64,000 nucleotides of DNA from Mytilus trossulus (Eukaryota). The notes beneath the pieces are model-generated. The model was not told the origin of the DNA. It made no database searches and saw nothing but the letters and a program-made list of their open reading frames with translations. The translations under genes were made by a program, and so were the position numbers. The stretch covers positions 73,346,001-73,410,000 of the forward strand of contig NC_086373.1 in the NCBI RefSeq assembly GCF_036588685.1, read 5' to 3'. Shown in pieces: positions 13,201-25,200 of the stretch (position 1 is its first letter; each line of letters opens with the position of its first letter).

Positions 13201-16200
13201 ATTCATTTCATTAAGTCATTCTTCAATTAAAAAGTATGATGTACGAAAACATCGCTTTGTACAAAAAGAATGACTTGATTGGTTTTTAAAGAAATAATTT
13301 CATTTGAAAAATTACGAACGATCTACTGTTTTGTATGTTTACATATACAAAAGATATACATCAATCTTTTTCTTATCTATTGTATTCTGCGATACTGATA
13401 AAGCATCACTTTCTGATGATATCATTGAATATGAATAATTTAATACTTATACATTTTGCATGATAATATCAACGTCAGTACAGTGAAAAACAATACTGGT
13501 CAAAGGAAATAAAATACATTATTCCAGCCTCCTTTTATGTCAGAAAGGAAGCTTCCGTTGTAAACTGCCAATTAATATCTCACTTTACAATTTATAAAGC
13601 AAAAACTATATGATTTACTCGTTCTGCTGCACGAAAAATTAATAATTGTTACACATATTTAGACTAAAAGTTTCATTATAAAACGTCAATGACACAGATT
13701 AAAGATATATTTTATCTTAAATCTTTTCTGTAAAATAATGAAAGTATTATCTCTTATCATTAGACGAGTATTATTACAATGATTTTGAATATATATTGTT
13801 TCTAGAAAATTTTCAATGAAATGTGCAAAACCTTTTGCGTTTATTTAGTTTTCCCCTTACTCAAACTAGACAGATCCCCCACCCCCACCCACTTAAAGTA
13901 CCAGTATAAACCAAAATAGACTCTGGTAACTTTTTCAACAAACGCAATAAATTTCATGTATACTCAAGGACACACAACCCAGCTTCTTATGTATGTCACC
14001 ATTGCACCATCATTTCGTGTCCTTTTTACGTTCATGGCTATCATTGTTCATATTCCTACATATGTTGCTATTTCTATTGAAAAAAACAAGCTAAATTCAA
14101 ATATTTAAAAGGTGTATTGAACTTGCATTTTGATTTGAAACGAAGTCCATCCGAAGGAATTTTCCTGTAATGTTCTTTTACATTGTAAATGGGAAACTTT
14201 ATTACATGTTGTAACCATATTCTATGACAAGCATTTAATGAACTTATAATTATCAAGGACATTGTACAAATGTGAATACTTGGAAAATATAAAAAAAAAA
14301 ATGGTACTGTAAGATATTTCACTTCAAAAGAGGAGCGAAAGATACCAGAGCGACCCTGTCACAGTCAAACTCATAGGTCGAAAATAAACTGACAACGTCA
14401 TGGCTAACAAATAAAAAGACAAAGTCTAATCCGGTAAGTCACATTCGTGGTAAAAAGGGAAGTGGATTATAGTTACAACATAAGGAACATATCTGTTATC
14501 ATCTGCGAAACGGTTATTCCATAACGGTCAATCAACTCATGATGGCGTCCGTAAAATTAACGAAGGGATGATTTCAACGGCACCATTTGGAAATCTTGGT
14601 TTGATTGCGTCCTGGTGAGCAGCAACCCTCTATCAAGGAAATCATCATAGGTAATACACGCCCGGAATATCGTATCAATTGGGAGAAATGTACTCCGTAT
14701 GCAGGCGCTGCTAGAATGTTGCTACAAAGATATTAAAAGTTCACATTTGGCGTGTTGCTATCTCTGCATGAGATATCGGATTTAACTTCCCCATTCTAAC
14801 CTACGTACTTAAGGATGTCTGCTTGTCATGTTTTGGAATATTTGTCAGATTTTCGAAATCCTTTGGTTTTATCCATTTCAATGCCTTAAAAAAAAAACCC
14901 ATTTTTCTTTTTAAAAATCTTTTACATGTATAATTATAAGTCAGTTGTAAAAGTCTTATAAAATTTTATTTATTTTTTAATAGTACTTGGGAACCTTAAC
15001 TGGTCAATGATAAAGCTATGAAAAATCAAGAGAGAACATTTTCCCGCCAAAATTCCAATAATATCTCGAAAACAAGCACATGAACCCCCATATTTTTTTT
15101 GCTATTTTGATTCCTCAATTTATTCTCTTTCAATGCATGCTAGTTTTATGAAAAGTTATTTATATTGAAACTGAGCAGCGAACATCCTTAAGGATCAGTT
15201 TGTGTTGTTTTCCTTTTGATAATTGGTTTTGTTTGACGTGCCGATCTCATAAGTAAAACCCTTACCAGCTGGTCTTCATCGTGAATTCTCAAATTGTGCT
15301 GGCTGTTAAAACACAATGCTCTGTATATGTCTGTATTAAGTCAGAAGCCTGCACATTATTTTTTTCGTCTGGTGCTATATGATTACAATTCAGGGTGTTG
15401 ATTTTCTCGTTGAATTGTTTTACATTTTGTAAGGTCTTAAAGCGTACTATGTTGTACTAGTTTTGCTGATTTTTATAGGTGTTTAAATCCACTCATCTTT
15501 GGTAGACAGTTGTCTTAAAGTCAACTGTACCCAGTCAATTCATTTTAACATAAGCTACTTAGAGAACAGAGTAAAAAACCAGAATCTATAAAACTGACTA
15601 TGGACCCCATAAATCTTTTCCATTACACCAATTTTAATGTAAAACAATTGAAATTTGTTTTTATTTCAACGTAAGTCTTTGTAAAGGATTTTCCCTAGTG
15701 ATGAATTTTATTTTCATTATAAGCATGAAGTTTAGGAACATGATAATACATTGAACCACATACAATATAGTTAAAATTCAAAGTGGGAAAAATATTTTCT
15801 AAAATGAATATCAATGGTCATTAATTTATTTAACTATTATATGTGGATATGAATTTTGTTATTGAAACATACTCTATGCCTAAGCAGATGCCATTAATCA
15901 GTTTGTTATACAACATGCTACAGTTTAATATTACTTGTTTTTCATATCTATCTGATTATTAATTCCTCTACTAGCATTTAATTCTGTTTAGATATTTCTC
16001 TTTATCAAAGCCCAGTAGGCTGAGAAAACATTATAAACTGTAATTGCCTTTATAATTAACAAAACTCAAAAGCAGTGCGCACTTGAACAAATGGTAAAGT
16101 TGATAATGATACTTCTTTTTAAAGTTTTTTTTAAAGATTTTATTCATAATTCGAACTATTTTGCTTCTTTTTTTTTTAAACAAAAGGATATAAGTTTGGA

Positions 16201-19200
16201 GGGTATGTAATAAAATTGCTTTTATTTCAGATATTACGTTAACCGTTAACATGATTTAAAACATAAATGTCCTGAATTTTCAGTTGATAATTCCAAAGTT
16301 AATAAGAAAGTATGGTTTCAAATCAATCGAGAAGAGTTGAACGTGCATGGATTTTAGTATTCTGTTGAGGGACAATACGTCATAGATTCCTTTAAATATT
16401 TATACACCCCCGGTATTTATTTTGATTTGTCTTGAGTGTCCTGGATAAAGGTAATCATGAAACGGCCACCGAACTCAATGACGCATAGATTGTTATTTTA
16501 GTACGTTATCACTTAGCATTTACGGCCATTTTTACTGTTTCGTGTCCCTCACAAACCCTACGTCCCCACATTGTCTTTTGAGAAATAAAATGACTGTAAG
16601 AAAAAAATATTGAATAAGAAAAAAAAATGATTCACAATTTGCTGTCGATATGCACATCTACGTAGTATGTCCTTGTTATCTACAAAGTTTCATGCAATTC
16701 TGTTGTGTGGTTTCAGAAGAGATGCGATGACAAACGGTTGCATTAGTATATTGATGGCAAATAAGTTCAAAGGCGCGTAACTCCTAGAAAAGTGAATCGT
16801 AATTTCCTGTCGATATGCCATCTGCGTAATATGTACTTATTATCTAAAAAGGTTTCATGAAATTCTGTTGTGTGGTTTGAGAGGAGTTGCGAGGACAGGA
16901 AACAACTGATGGACGGACATACTGGTTAAAAACATTATACCCTCCGCAACTTCGTTGGGTATATCTAGCCCAGTAGTCAAAGTTTTCACATGAACATCAA
17001 TAATGTGGTCATTCTTAGAAATTTCCTGTTTACAAAAGTTTGATTTTTTTCTCAAAAACTAAGGATTTTCTTATCCCAGGCATAGATTACCTTACTCGTA
17101 TTTGGCACAACCTTTTTGGAATTTTGAACCCTCAATGCTCTTCAACTTTGTACTTGTTTGGCTTTAAAAATATTTTAATATGAGCGTCACTGATGAGACT
17201 TATGTAGACGAAACGCATGTCTGGCATACTAAATTATAATCCTGGTACCTTTAAAACTAAGCATAATAAGGGACATGTATTTATAACCTAGACATGTTAA
17301 TGACATGAACATGATTTCCTTTGAAAATTAATCAGGGACATAAATTTAACTAAAATATTGATACGCAACTGTAAACCAATATTAAATATTACAGTTTAAT
17401 TAACTTTTTTAAATAAAGGGCATGGACATTTTTACCGAGGAATATTAATGACATGGACATGATTTCCGAGGAAAATTAGTCTAGGACATACATTTTATTA
17501 ATTTGTTTTACACAACTCTTTAAAAATATTTCTGATATTAAAACATAACATTTATATTTACCTTATAATGCTAGGGGCATGGTTGTTTTTACCTCGGAAT
17601 ATTATTAACATGGACATGATTTTATTGGAAAATTAGTCTGAAGACATTCATTTTAACAAAAATAATAATACGCAACTCTTAAACAGTTAAAAGATATCAT
17701 AATTTAACATTTCAATTTCCATTGTTTATATGTCATCCAATTTATTATAGAACATGATTTCCAAGGAAAACTAGTCTGAAACATACATTTTTTTTCTTTA
17801 ACAATATGTATTATATTAAAACGTAACATTTATATTTAGCTTTTAAAACTAAGGGCATGGATATTTTTACCTAGGAATATTATTGACATGGACATGAATT
17901 CATTGGAAAATTAGTCTGAAGTCATTCATTTTAACAAAAATATAAATACGCAACTGTTAAACAGTTAAAAGATATTATTATATAACATTTCAGGTTCCAT
18001 GGTTTATATGTCATCTAATTTATTATAGGACTTGATTTCTCATGAAAATTAGTCTTCGGAAATAGATTACTAACATCGGACTAAATATACTAGTAAATTA
18101 TGTAACCATGGACTTTTTAAACTAGTTATAGTCAACAATATAATAACATAAACGGTACCACTTTTCCTGTACCAGATGCGCATTTCGACAATACATTTCT
18201 CTTCACTGATGCTCGAGGCCAAAATAATTGAAATCCAAAATTTATATAAAAGATGAAAAGCTATAACCCAAAAGGTCCAAAAAGTATAGCAAAATCCGTA
18301 AAAGGGATCAGAGCGTTGAATGAGGGAGATGCATTCCTTAATTTATAATAATTTCTAACATTTGGTAAAAGCAAATTAATAACACAAAAAATCCGTATTT
18401 TTTATGCCATTACCGGAGTACTGGCTACTGGGCTAGTAAAACCCTCGGGGACTAACAGCCCACCAGCAGAGGCATCGTCCTAGTGGTAGAAAATGATTGA
18501 CTATTTAAAAACGCTCGTGAATATGACTAAACATAGTATAATATCTAAAAAAAAATATCGAGAAATTTATTTGATATAAATAGAAGTTAGGGTAATCGTT
18601 TATCCCCAAATCATTCAAGCATATCATTCTATTTGTCACTTGCTGACGGCATGAACCTCAAATGCATTCTAGAAAGTTTCATTTTTAAAACGTCAACTAG
18701 TTATGTATTAATCCATTTGTCAGGTTTTTTTTCTTATATAATGCAAGATTTTTTCATTTTCCTTGCTTTAATCAAATTGTGAATGGAATGGGAAATGTGT
18801 CAAAGCGACAACAACCCGACCAAAGTGCAGATAGCTGTCAAATAAAGTTTACAAATACAAATATAAACTCAATGTTAGGAGAGGTTTCACGCCTTGAAAC
18901 TAGTTTAATTAGGAATAAAGGATACAACAGATACAGTTAGGTCTGCCTCATATCTTGACTTACATCTAGAAATTTACAATGAGACCGCTTGAAAACAAAA
19001 CTTTACGACAAAAGAGATAATTTCAGCTTTCCAATTGTATACTTTCCATTTCTAAGTAAAACATTCAAGCAGCACCTGCATACGGGGTATATATCTCCTA
19101 AAATAGGAATCCTAATTGATACGATATTTCCGTGCTTGTATTTCCTACCATGATTTGCTTGATAGAGGGTTACTTCTCACAAGGACGCTATTAAACCAAG

Positions 19201-22200
19201 ATTTCCGAAAGGTGAAGTTAAAATCATCCTTTTATTAAATTTTACAGACGCCATAACGAGTTGGTTGACCGTTATGGGTTATGGAAGTACTGTTTCACAG
19301 ATGATATCGGATATGTTCCTTACGTCGTAACTTCAATCCTCTTCCTTTTTATGTATGTGACCTACCGAATTAGACTATTTACCGGATTTGTTTTAACATG
19401 AGCAACACGACGGGTGCCACATGTCGAGCAGAATCTACTTATTCTTACAGAGCAACTGGGATCACCCCCAGTTTTTGGTGGTGTTCGAATTCGTGTTGCT
19501 TATTCTGTAGTTTTATATGTTGTGACATGCGTACAACTGTTTGTCTGTTTGTCTTGGCGTTATCAGTTTATTTCCGATTTATGAGTTTGGCTGTCCCTCT
19601 GGTATCTTTCGACCCTCTTTTAATTCCGCCATATTGTCTATGTGATTGTCCAAATTCGTGAGCTTGTAATTCAGTGGTTGTCCTTTGTTTTTTTTGGGGT
19701 TTTATTTAATCATTTAGTCCATGAACCGAATCGTTATTTTTTCTCGTTTAAAAAATTTAAATAACAAAAATATATACATTAATAAAATATTCAAAACGGA
19801 AAGTCCCTAAGCAACTGGCAAAATCAAAGTCCTAAACACACCAAATAAATGAAAGACAACTGGCATATTATGGACTTGGTACAGTCATTTCCTTTATGCA
19901 GAAAATAATGATCTAAATCTGGTTTAATAGCAAGCTGAACTTCTGACATGTTTGACATTCGCATACAGTTTCGTCATCTTGAAATATTGTGTGAACAAAA
20001 CAAAAACAGACATAAAACGTAAAAAATGTCAAAACAATATTACAGTACTAATCAAAGAGTATGCGAAATTTATATCATTTGTAATTTTGGGCTCTTTGTA
20101 GGCTACTATGCGGTATGGGTATTGCTGATTGTTGAAGGCCGTACGGTGACCTATAATTGTTAATGTCTATATCATTGTGTGTCTTTGTGGAGAGTTGTCT
20201 CGTTATCAATCAAACCACATATTCTTGTTTTTATAGCAATATTGCTGTAATCTGTTAAAATTTGTTTGAAACTAAGAAATAAAACACAATTCCTGGATTT
20301 CTTTTATACATTGTTTTTTATTTGATTCAGGGAAAAGTCAGTATTACACGAAGGTACGGATTTCCTGGTATTTCAATCATACCACGACGATAAAACTTTT
20401 GCTTTAGTGGGAGCTGTGTGTGCAGTATCAGGTACTGTTTTAGATTTAAATCGTTTAATTGTTCTTGTAAAATAATACACAAAAAGATAATCAAAGACAC
20501 GAGGCAAATTATTTTGTACGCCAGATGAAAGTCTAGTATATCAAAATGATTTTATAGAAAATAAGACGGAACTATTTTAGAATAATGTTACTGATAACGT
20601 TTCATATAATTTGTCTAGTTTTTCCTGAAGGCAGCTAACCCACAATCTCTTTGAAATTTGATAGAAGGAAAAATTCATATTCATAACAAAGTATAAAGTT
20701 TATAAAATAAATATGCTTTGAAGTACTTTCTAATGCTGAAATTGACCTCTAGACATATATGATACACTTTGATTGCGTGGTTATCACCCGGTATGTCTTT
20801 GATTATTTTAGAGGTAAATATATTTTATTTCAGGGCAGATTAAGTGCAATTTCTTTTTTAAACACAAAACGTCCGATTTGGTACAATTGAAATCATTGTG
20901 AGAAAAAAGATCTTTTTTGTTTTTGTTTCAGGAATACCGTTAGACACAGTATTAGAAGTCTTTGGTGAATATTTTGTGCAGTACTGTTTTCGACATGGAT
21001 ACGATCAACTATTGAGAACACTTGGCAAAGACTTCATATCATTTATACAAAATTTAGATGCTTTGCATGCAAATTTACAACGCACTTATTCTAAACTACG
21101 ACCTCCATCATTCAGGTGAGCATTTTTCTTTTAGTTCAATAATTATTCTTCTGACATTCAGAACAGATTTAACATAGAGAGAATCTGTTGATTGACAATT
21201 AGGTATGAAAAGAAGATTACATATGGTTGATTACATATTATATACGTCAGGTCTATCATTGTAGATGTAGGGATTAGAGAAGGACTTCTACCTTAATACA
21301 CACTATCAAATGATCAAATCAAAATCAAATAAAAATCTATTTTATTAAATGGTGTAACGAATAAAGTCAAAGCAATATATAACAGTTACAGCATAAGCTC
21401 TACCTATTCAAACCATTTCGTATGCACAAATTGAAAAATGTTGTTGTATATAACAAATAGGTTAACAGATTAAATGTACATCGTCGGAAAACATAAAAAT
21501 ATCAATGGTACGAGCTTTACATATAGGAAGAAAAGTAGGGTGGATTAAATCTTGTCGAACTTTTCCATATTTTGTGACAATTTCATATACTTTTGATATT
21601 CAGTAATTTAATGTATAAAAAAAATATGCATTCGTTTTATTTTACAATTGAGCACTGTTTAAAATTCAGTTTTTGATTTCGTTATCTTAGATTTCTAGAA
21701 ATCGGGAAAGATCTGCGAACAGTAGACTACTATTATTGTTATAATTTCCCTCTTTCAAATTGACATTTCAAAGCTGACACTGAGAATAGTAATTTTTACA
21801 TCCGAATCTCCCAAACGGTCTTTCATATAATTGTTATGAATATATAAAATGTTAAAATCACTGTTGGTATAAAACAGAAGCAGGATATAAAGACGATATT
21901 CTTATTTATATTTTGAGCCTCAGTTCATTTGTGCACTTGCATGACACTTTGAAACAAAATAGCTGATTGTGTGAAAATTCTCAATATAAGGAATATAAAA
22001 GAAGGATGAAAGATACCAGAGGGACAGTCAAACTCATAAATCGAAAATAAACTGACAACGCCTGGCTAAAAATGAAAGAAGACAAACAGACAAACAATAG
22101 AACACATGACACAACATAGAAAACTGAAGAATAAGCAACACGAACCCCACCAAAAACTAGAGATGATCTTAAGTGCTCCGGAAGGGTAAGCAGATACTGC

Positions 22201-25200
22201 TCCACATGTGACACCGGTCGTGTTGCTTATGTTATAAAAAATCCGTTAAATAGTCTAATTTGGTATGTCACATTCATGAAAGGGAGAGGGATTCTAGTTA
22301 CGACGTAAGGAACATATCCGAAATCATCTGTGAAACGGTTATTCCATAACGGTCAACCAACTAATGAAGGGACGATCAAAAATAGCATGTTAAGATTCAT
22401 CATTAGCTCTAGACAAGTATGTGTACAGAATGAAACAAAAACCGTGTATATGTAATGTTAGAGATGATGAAGTGTTTTCATGGGTAAGAGTATACCACAA
22501 ACTAAAATAACGCCCTCTTACTCCGAAAGACTCACATAACTCTGTGTAGGATCATTCAACAAACGTTTATCAAAATGAATAAATAAGTATGGTCAAGTTA
22601 CAGTTATAGGACTAGATCACATATTGAGGTAAAATTTTGCATACAACTTCAGCTTGTTGACCTATGAATAAAAATCGAAAAAAAATAATGCATTTATCCC
22701 TTTCATTGTTTTAAAATTAGGAAGTGTTCTTATATACCAAAAAAAACCAATCGTAAATATAACTGTTTTATTAGTAGAGAATACTCGACAATAACTTTGA
22801 ATTAAGAAACATACAGAAAAAACGAGTAAATTATAGTACACGAATAGTCCACATACTTTGATTAAAAAAATAAAGAAGAATACAAAACTATGAGTTAGTT
22901 GAAAAAATGTCGTTAAGATAAATGGACAAATAAAACTAAAATAGACGAAGCATGCACAAAATGTATGTGTGTTTTACTCGATACTGTTTAATATGTAACG
23001 GCACAGTGTTGAATGTATTTTTGTATGTCATCCTTCCAATGTTTAAACGAACAACAATTTTGTAGTTTTGAACAGATGTGTATTTAAATGTTTGTTTCCA
23101 AATGCAAAGAATGAAATGTTGGTCATCAACAGGGCATCATGTAACGATAATTTCGTAAAAATATGTGTCGTTTATGTATAGTCTCAACGTATTAAAACCC
23201 CATTGGTGGCCTTGGTCAGCTATGATTTCTACTCTTCGGTCTGGTTATTGTCTCGTTGACACATTCCTTGTTTCCATTTTCTATTCTATTTATTAAATAT
23301 TCATTTACAGATGTGAGCGAAAAGATGCAGATTCTGTTTATTTGCATTATTTTACAGAAAGAACTGGCTTGCACCCAATAGTAAAAGGTAATTATGTTGA
23401 TAATTTTAATTACAATATTGTACAGATAGAGCCTGCTCACATGTAATTATGTTAACAATTTCATTTTATCAATATTTAAGAACACGGGTGTCATTCAGTT
23501 TATCGAGAGAAATGGGCGTGAAAGACTAGCTAACGGCGGTCAAGTATTGAGAGATGATCGTGAAAGTTCTGGTAACGGATCGTGAAAGACATTTAATCGA
23601 GAAGACATATGCAAGATCAGTAAATATTCTAATTTAATTAATTACACAGACATATTTACGACAAAATAAAACTGTCTGTCAAAATGGTTCAACATTATGA
23701 TCAGTATGTCAGAATATCCAGTTTCAAAAGTACACAGTTATTACAAATGGACAAAAGGCAGATTGCTTCTCGACATTTCAATGACATAAAAATGTAAACA
23801 AACACGATTTTTTCACAAATTCGACGAAATAAACTACGTTTATCAAAATAAGGGCATTGTATTTGAATTAATAAAACGGTTCTCATAGTTATTTTGAATA
23901 AATATAATCTGAAACTTTGTAAATAAAGAACTATTCACACAAAATTGATTTTTTTGGATCGTGAAAGATCACGTACCGCGTTTTTGAAGATCGTGAAAAG
24001 GATCGTGAAAGATCTGATGTTACGAAGACGTTCATGTTGCTGACAGTGCGTGTTTCAGAATGAAGCGCGAAATATAAATCAAACGTTTAATATTTTTTTA
24101 TGGCTAGCATTATTCCATACAATAGTTTATTTTCTTATCTAAAGACCATCAGAATTGGCTCAATTTTATATTTTGAAATGATATAGTTATCAAAATAAAT
24201 CTTACCTATAATGTTGATTTGGTGCCACGCAACTTCCGATGTCACTGTAGGACGTAGTGCAGTTGCCAAAAAAGTAAATTTTATATTATCCATCAATGTA
24301 TGTTAGTGTATACTGCAAGTTGTTACACCCGGCACTTGAAACTTTTGTTTAGATCTCAAAGAGGAGCTAAAATGAACTGCTGCGCATACAAACAATCCAT
24401 ATCATCGCTTTCTCGGGATGTAAGCGGGGTAACAGGAAATTTTTATTTGTACAAGTACAAATAGTTATCAAAGGTACCAGGATTATAATTCAGTACGCCA
24501 GACGTACGTTTCATCTACATAAGACTCATCAGTGACGCTCATATCAAAATATTTATGAAGACAAACAAGTAAAAAGGTGAAGAGCATGGAGGATCCAAAA
24601 TTCCTAAAAGTTGTACCAAATACGACTACGGTAATCCTTCGTTTTTCGGAAAATTCAAAGTTTTGTAATCAAGAAATTTTTATCAAATGACCACATTATT
24701 GATATTCATGTCATCACCGAAGTGTTGAATACGGGGCTGGTGATACCCTCGGGGACGAAACGTCCACCAGCAATGGCATCGACCCAGTGGCGTAAATTGT
24801 TAGTAAAGGTACTAGAATTATAATTCAGTACGCAAGACGCGCAAATACATTGAAATTATTATTTGGGCATTCGTGAACATGTTGTTTGTAAAATAGTTGG
24901 ATGATTGTAGGATGAAGTTTTTATCGTCATGTGAAGTACTCACTTATCATGAGTTATAGGATACCCATATTTTGTATATTGGATCCTATAAACTAAATGT
25001 CCGTCAAACAGGATTCACCTGACTTTGAATTTTCCTCATTTCATGGATGAAGATTCATTTTAGTGGTCAAGTCCTTATCGAGGATTCGTTAAGCTTTATG
25101 ATAACTGTCTGGTGTTATGATTGTAAGGTGTATATTTTCGACTTGTGCAAGGTTTCAACTAACATTGAACTCATTATCATGCATCAATCTGCAATGTTTG

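Noticed and set aside
23076-23180. Alternative exon 5 candidate (aacag|ATGT...)
   Set aside because: It has no H-NOX similarity and runs into a stop; 23311-23387 supplies the expected motif and phases.
23311-23387. O2-sensing atypical sGC (Gyc88E/GCY-35 type) assignment
   Set aside because: The distal-pocket position is Ile144, not Tyr, and overall motifs fit beta-2 better.
23483-23530. Recombination-signal (heptamer/nonamer) interpretation of the TIR
   Set aside because: Only CAC matches; there is no ACAAAAACC-like nonamer at 12/23 spacing and no RAG1/RAG2-like coding remnant was seen inside.
24735-24771. Opposite-polarity hammerhead-like string CUGGUGA...GAAAC-GUC in the GC-rich block
   Set aside because: A6 is G, stem II lacks a clean closing pair, no stem I forms, and GCUGGUG pairs perfectly with CACCAGC instead; the family 2 copy lacks GAAA.
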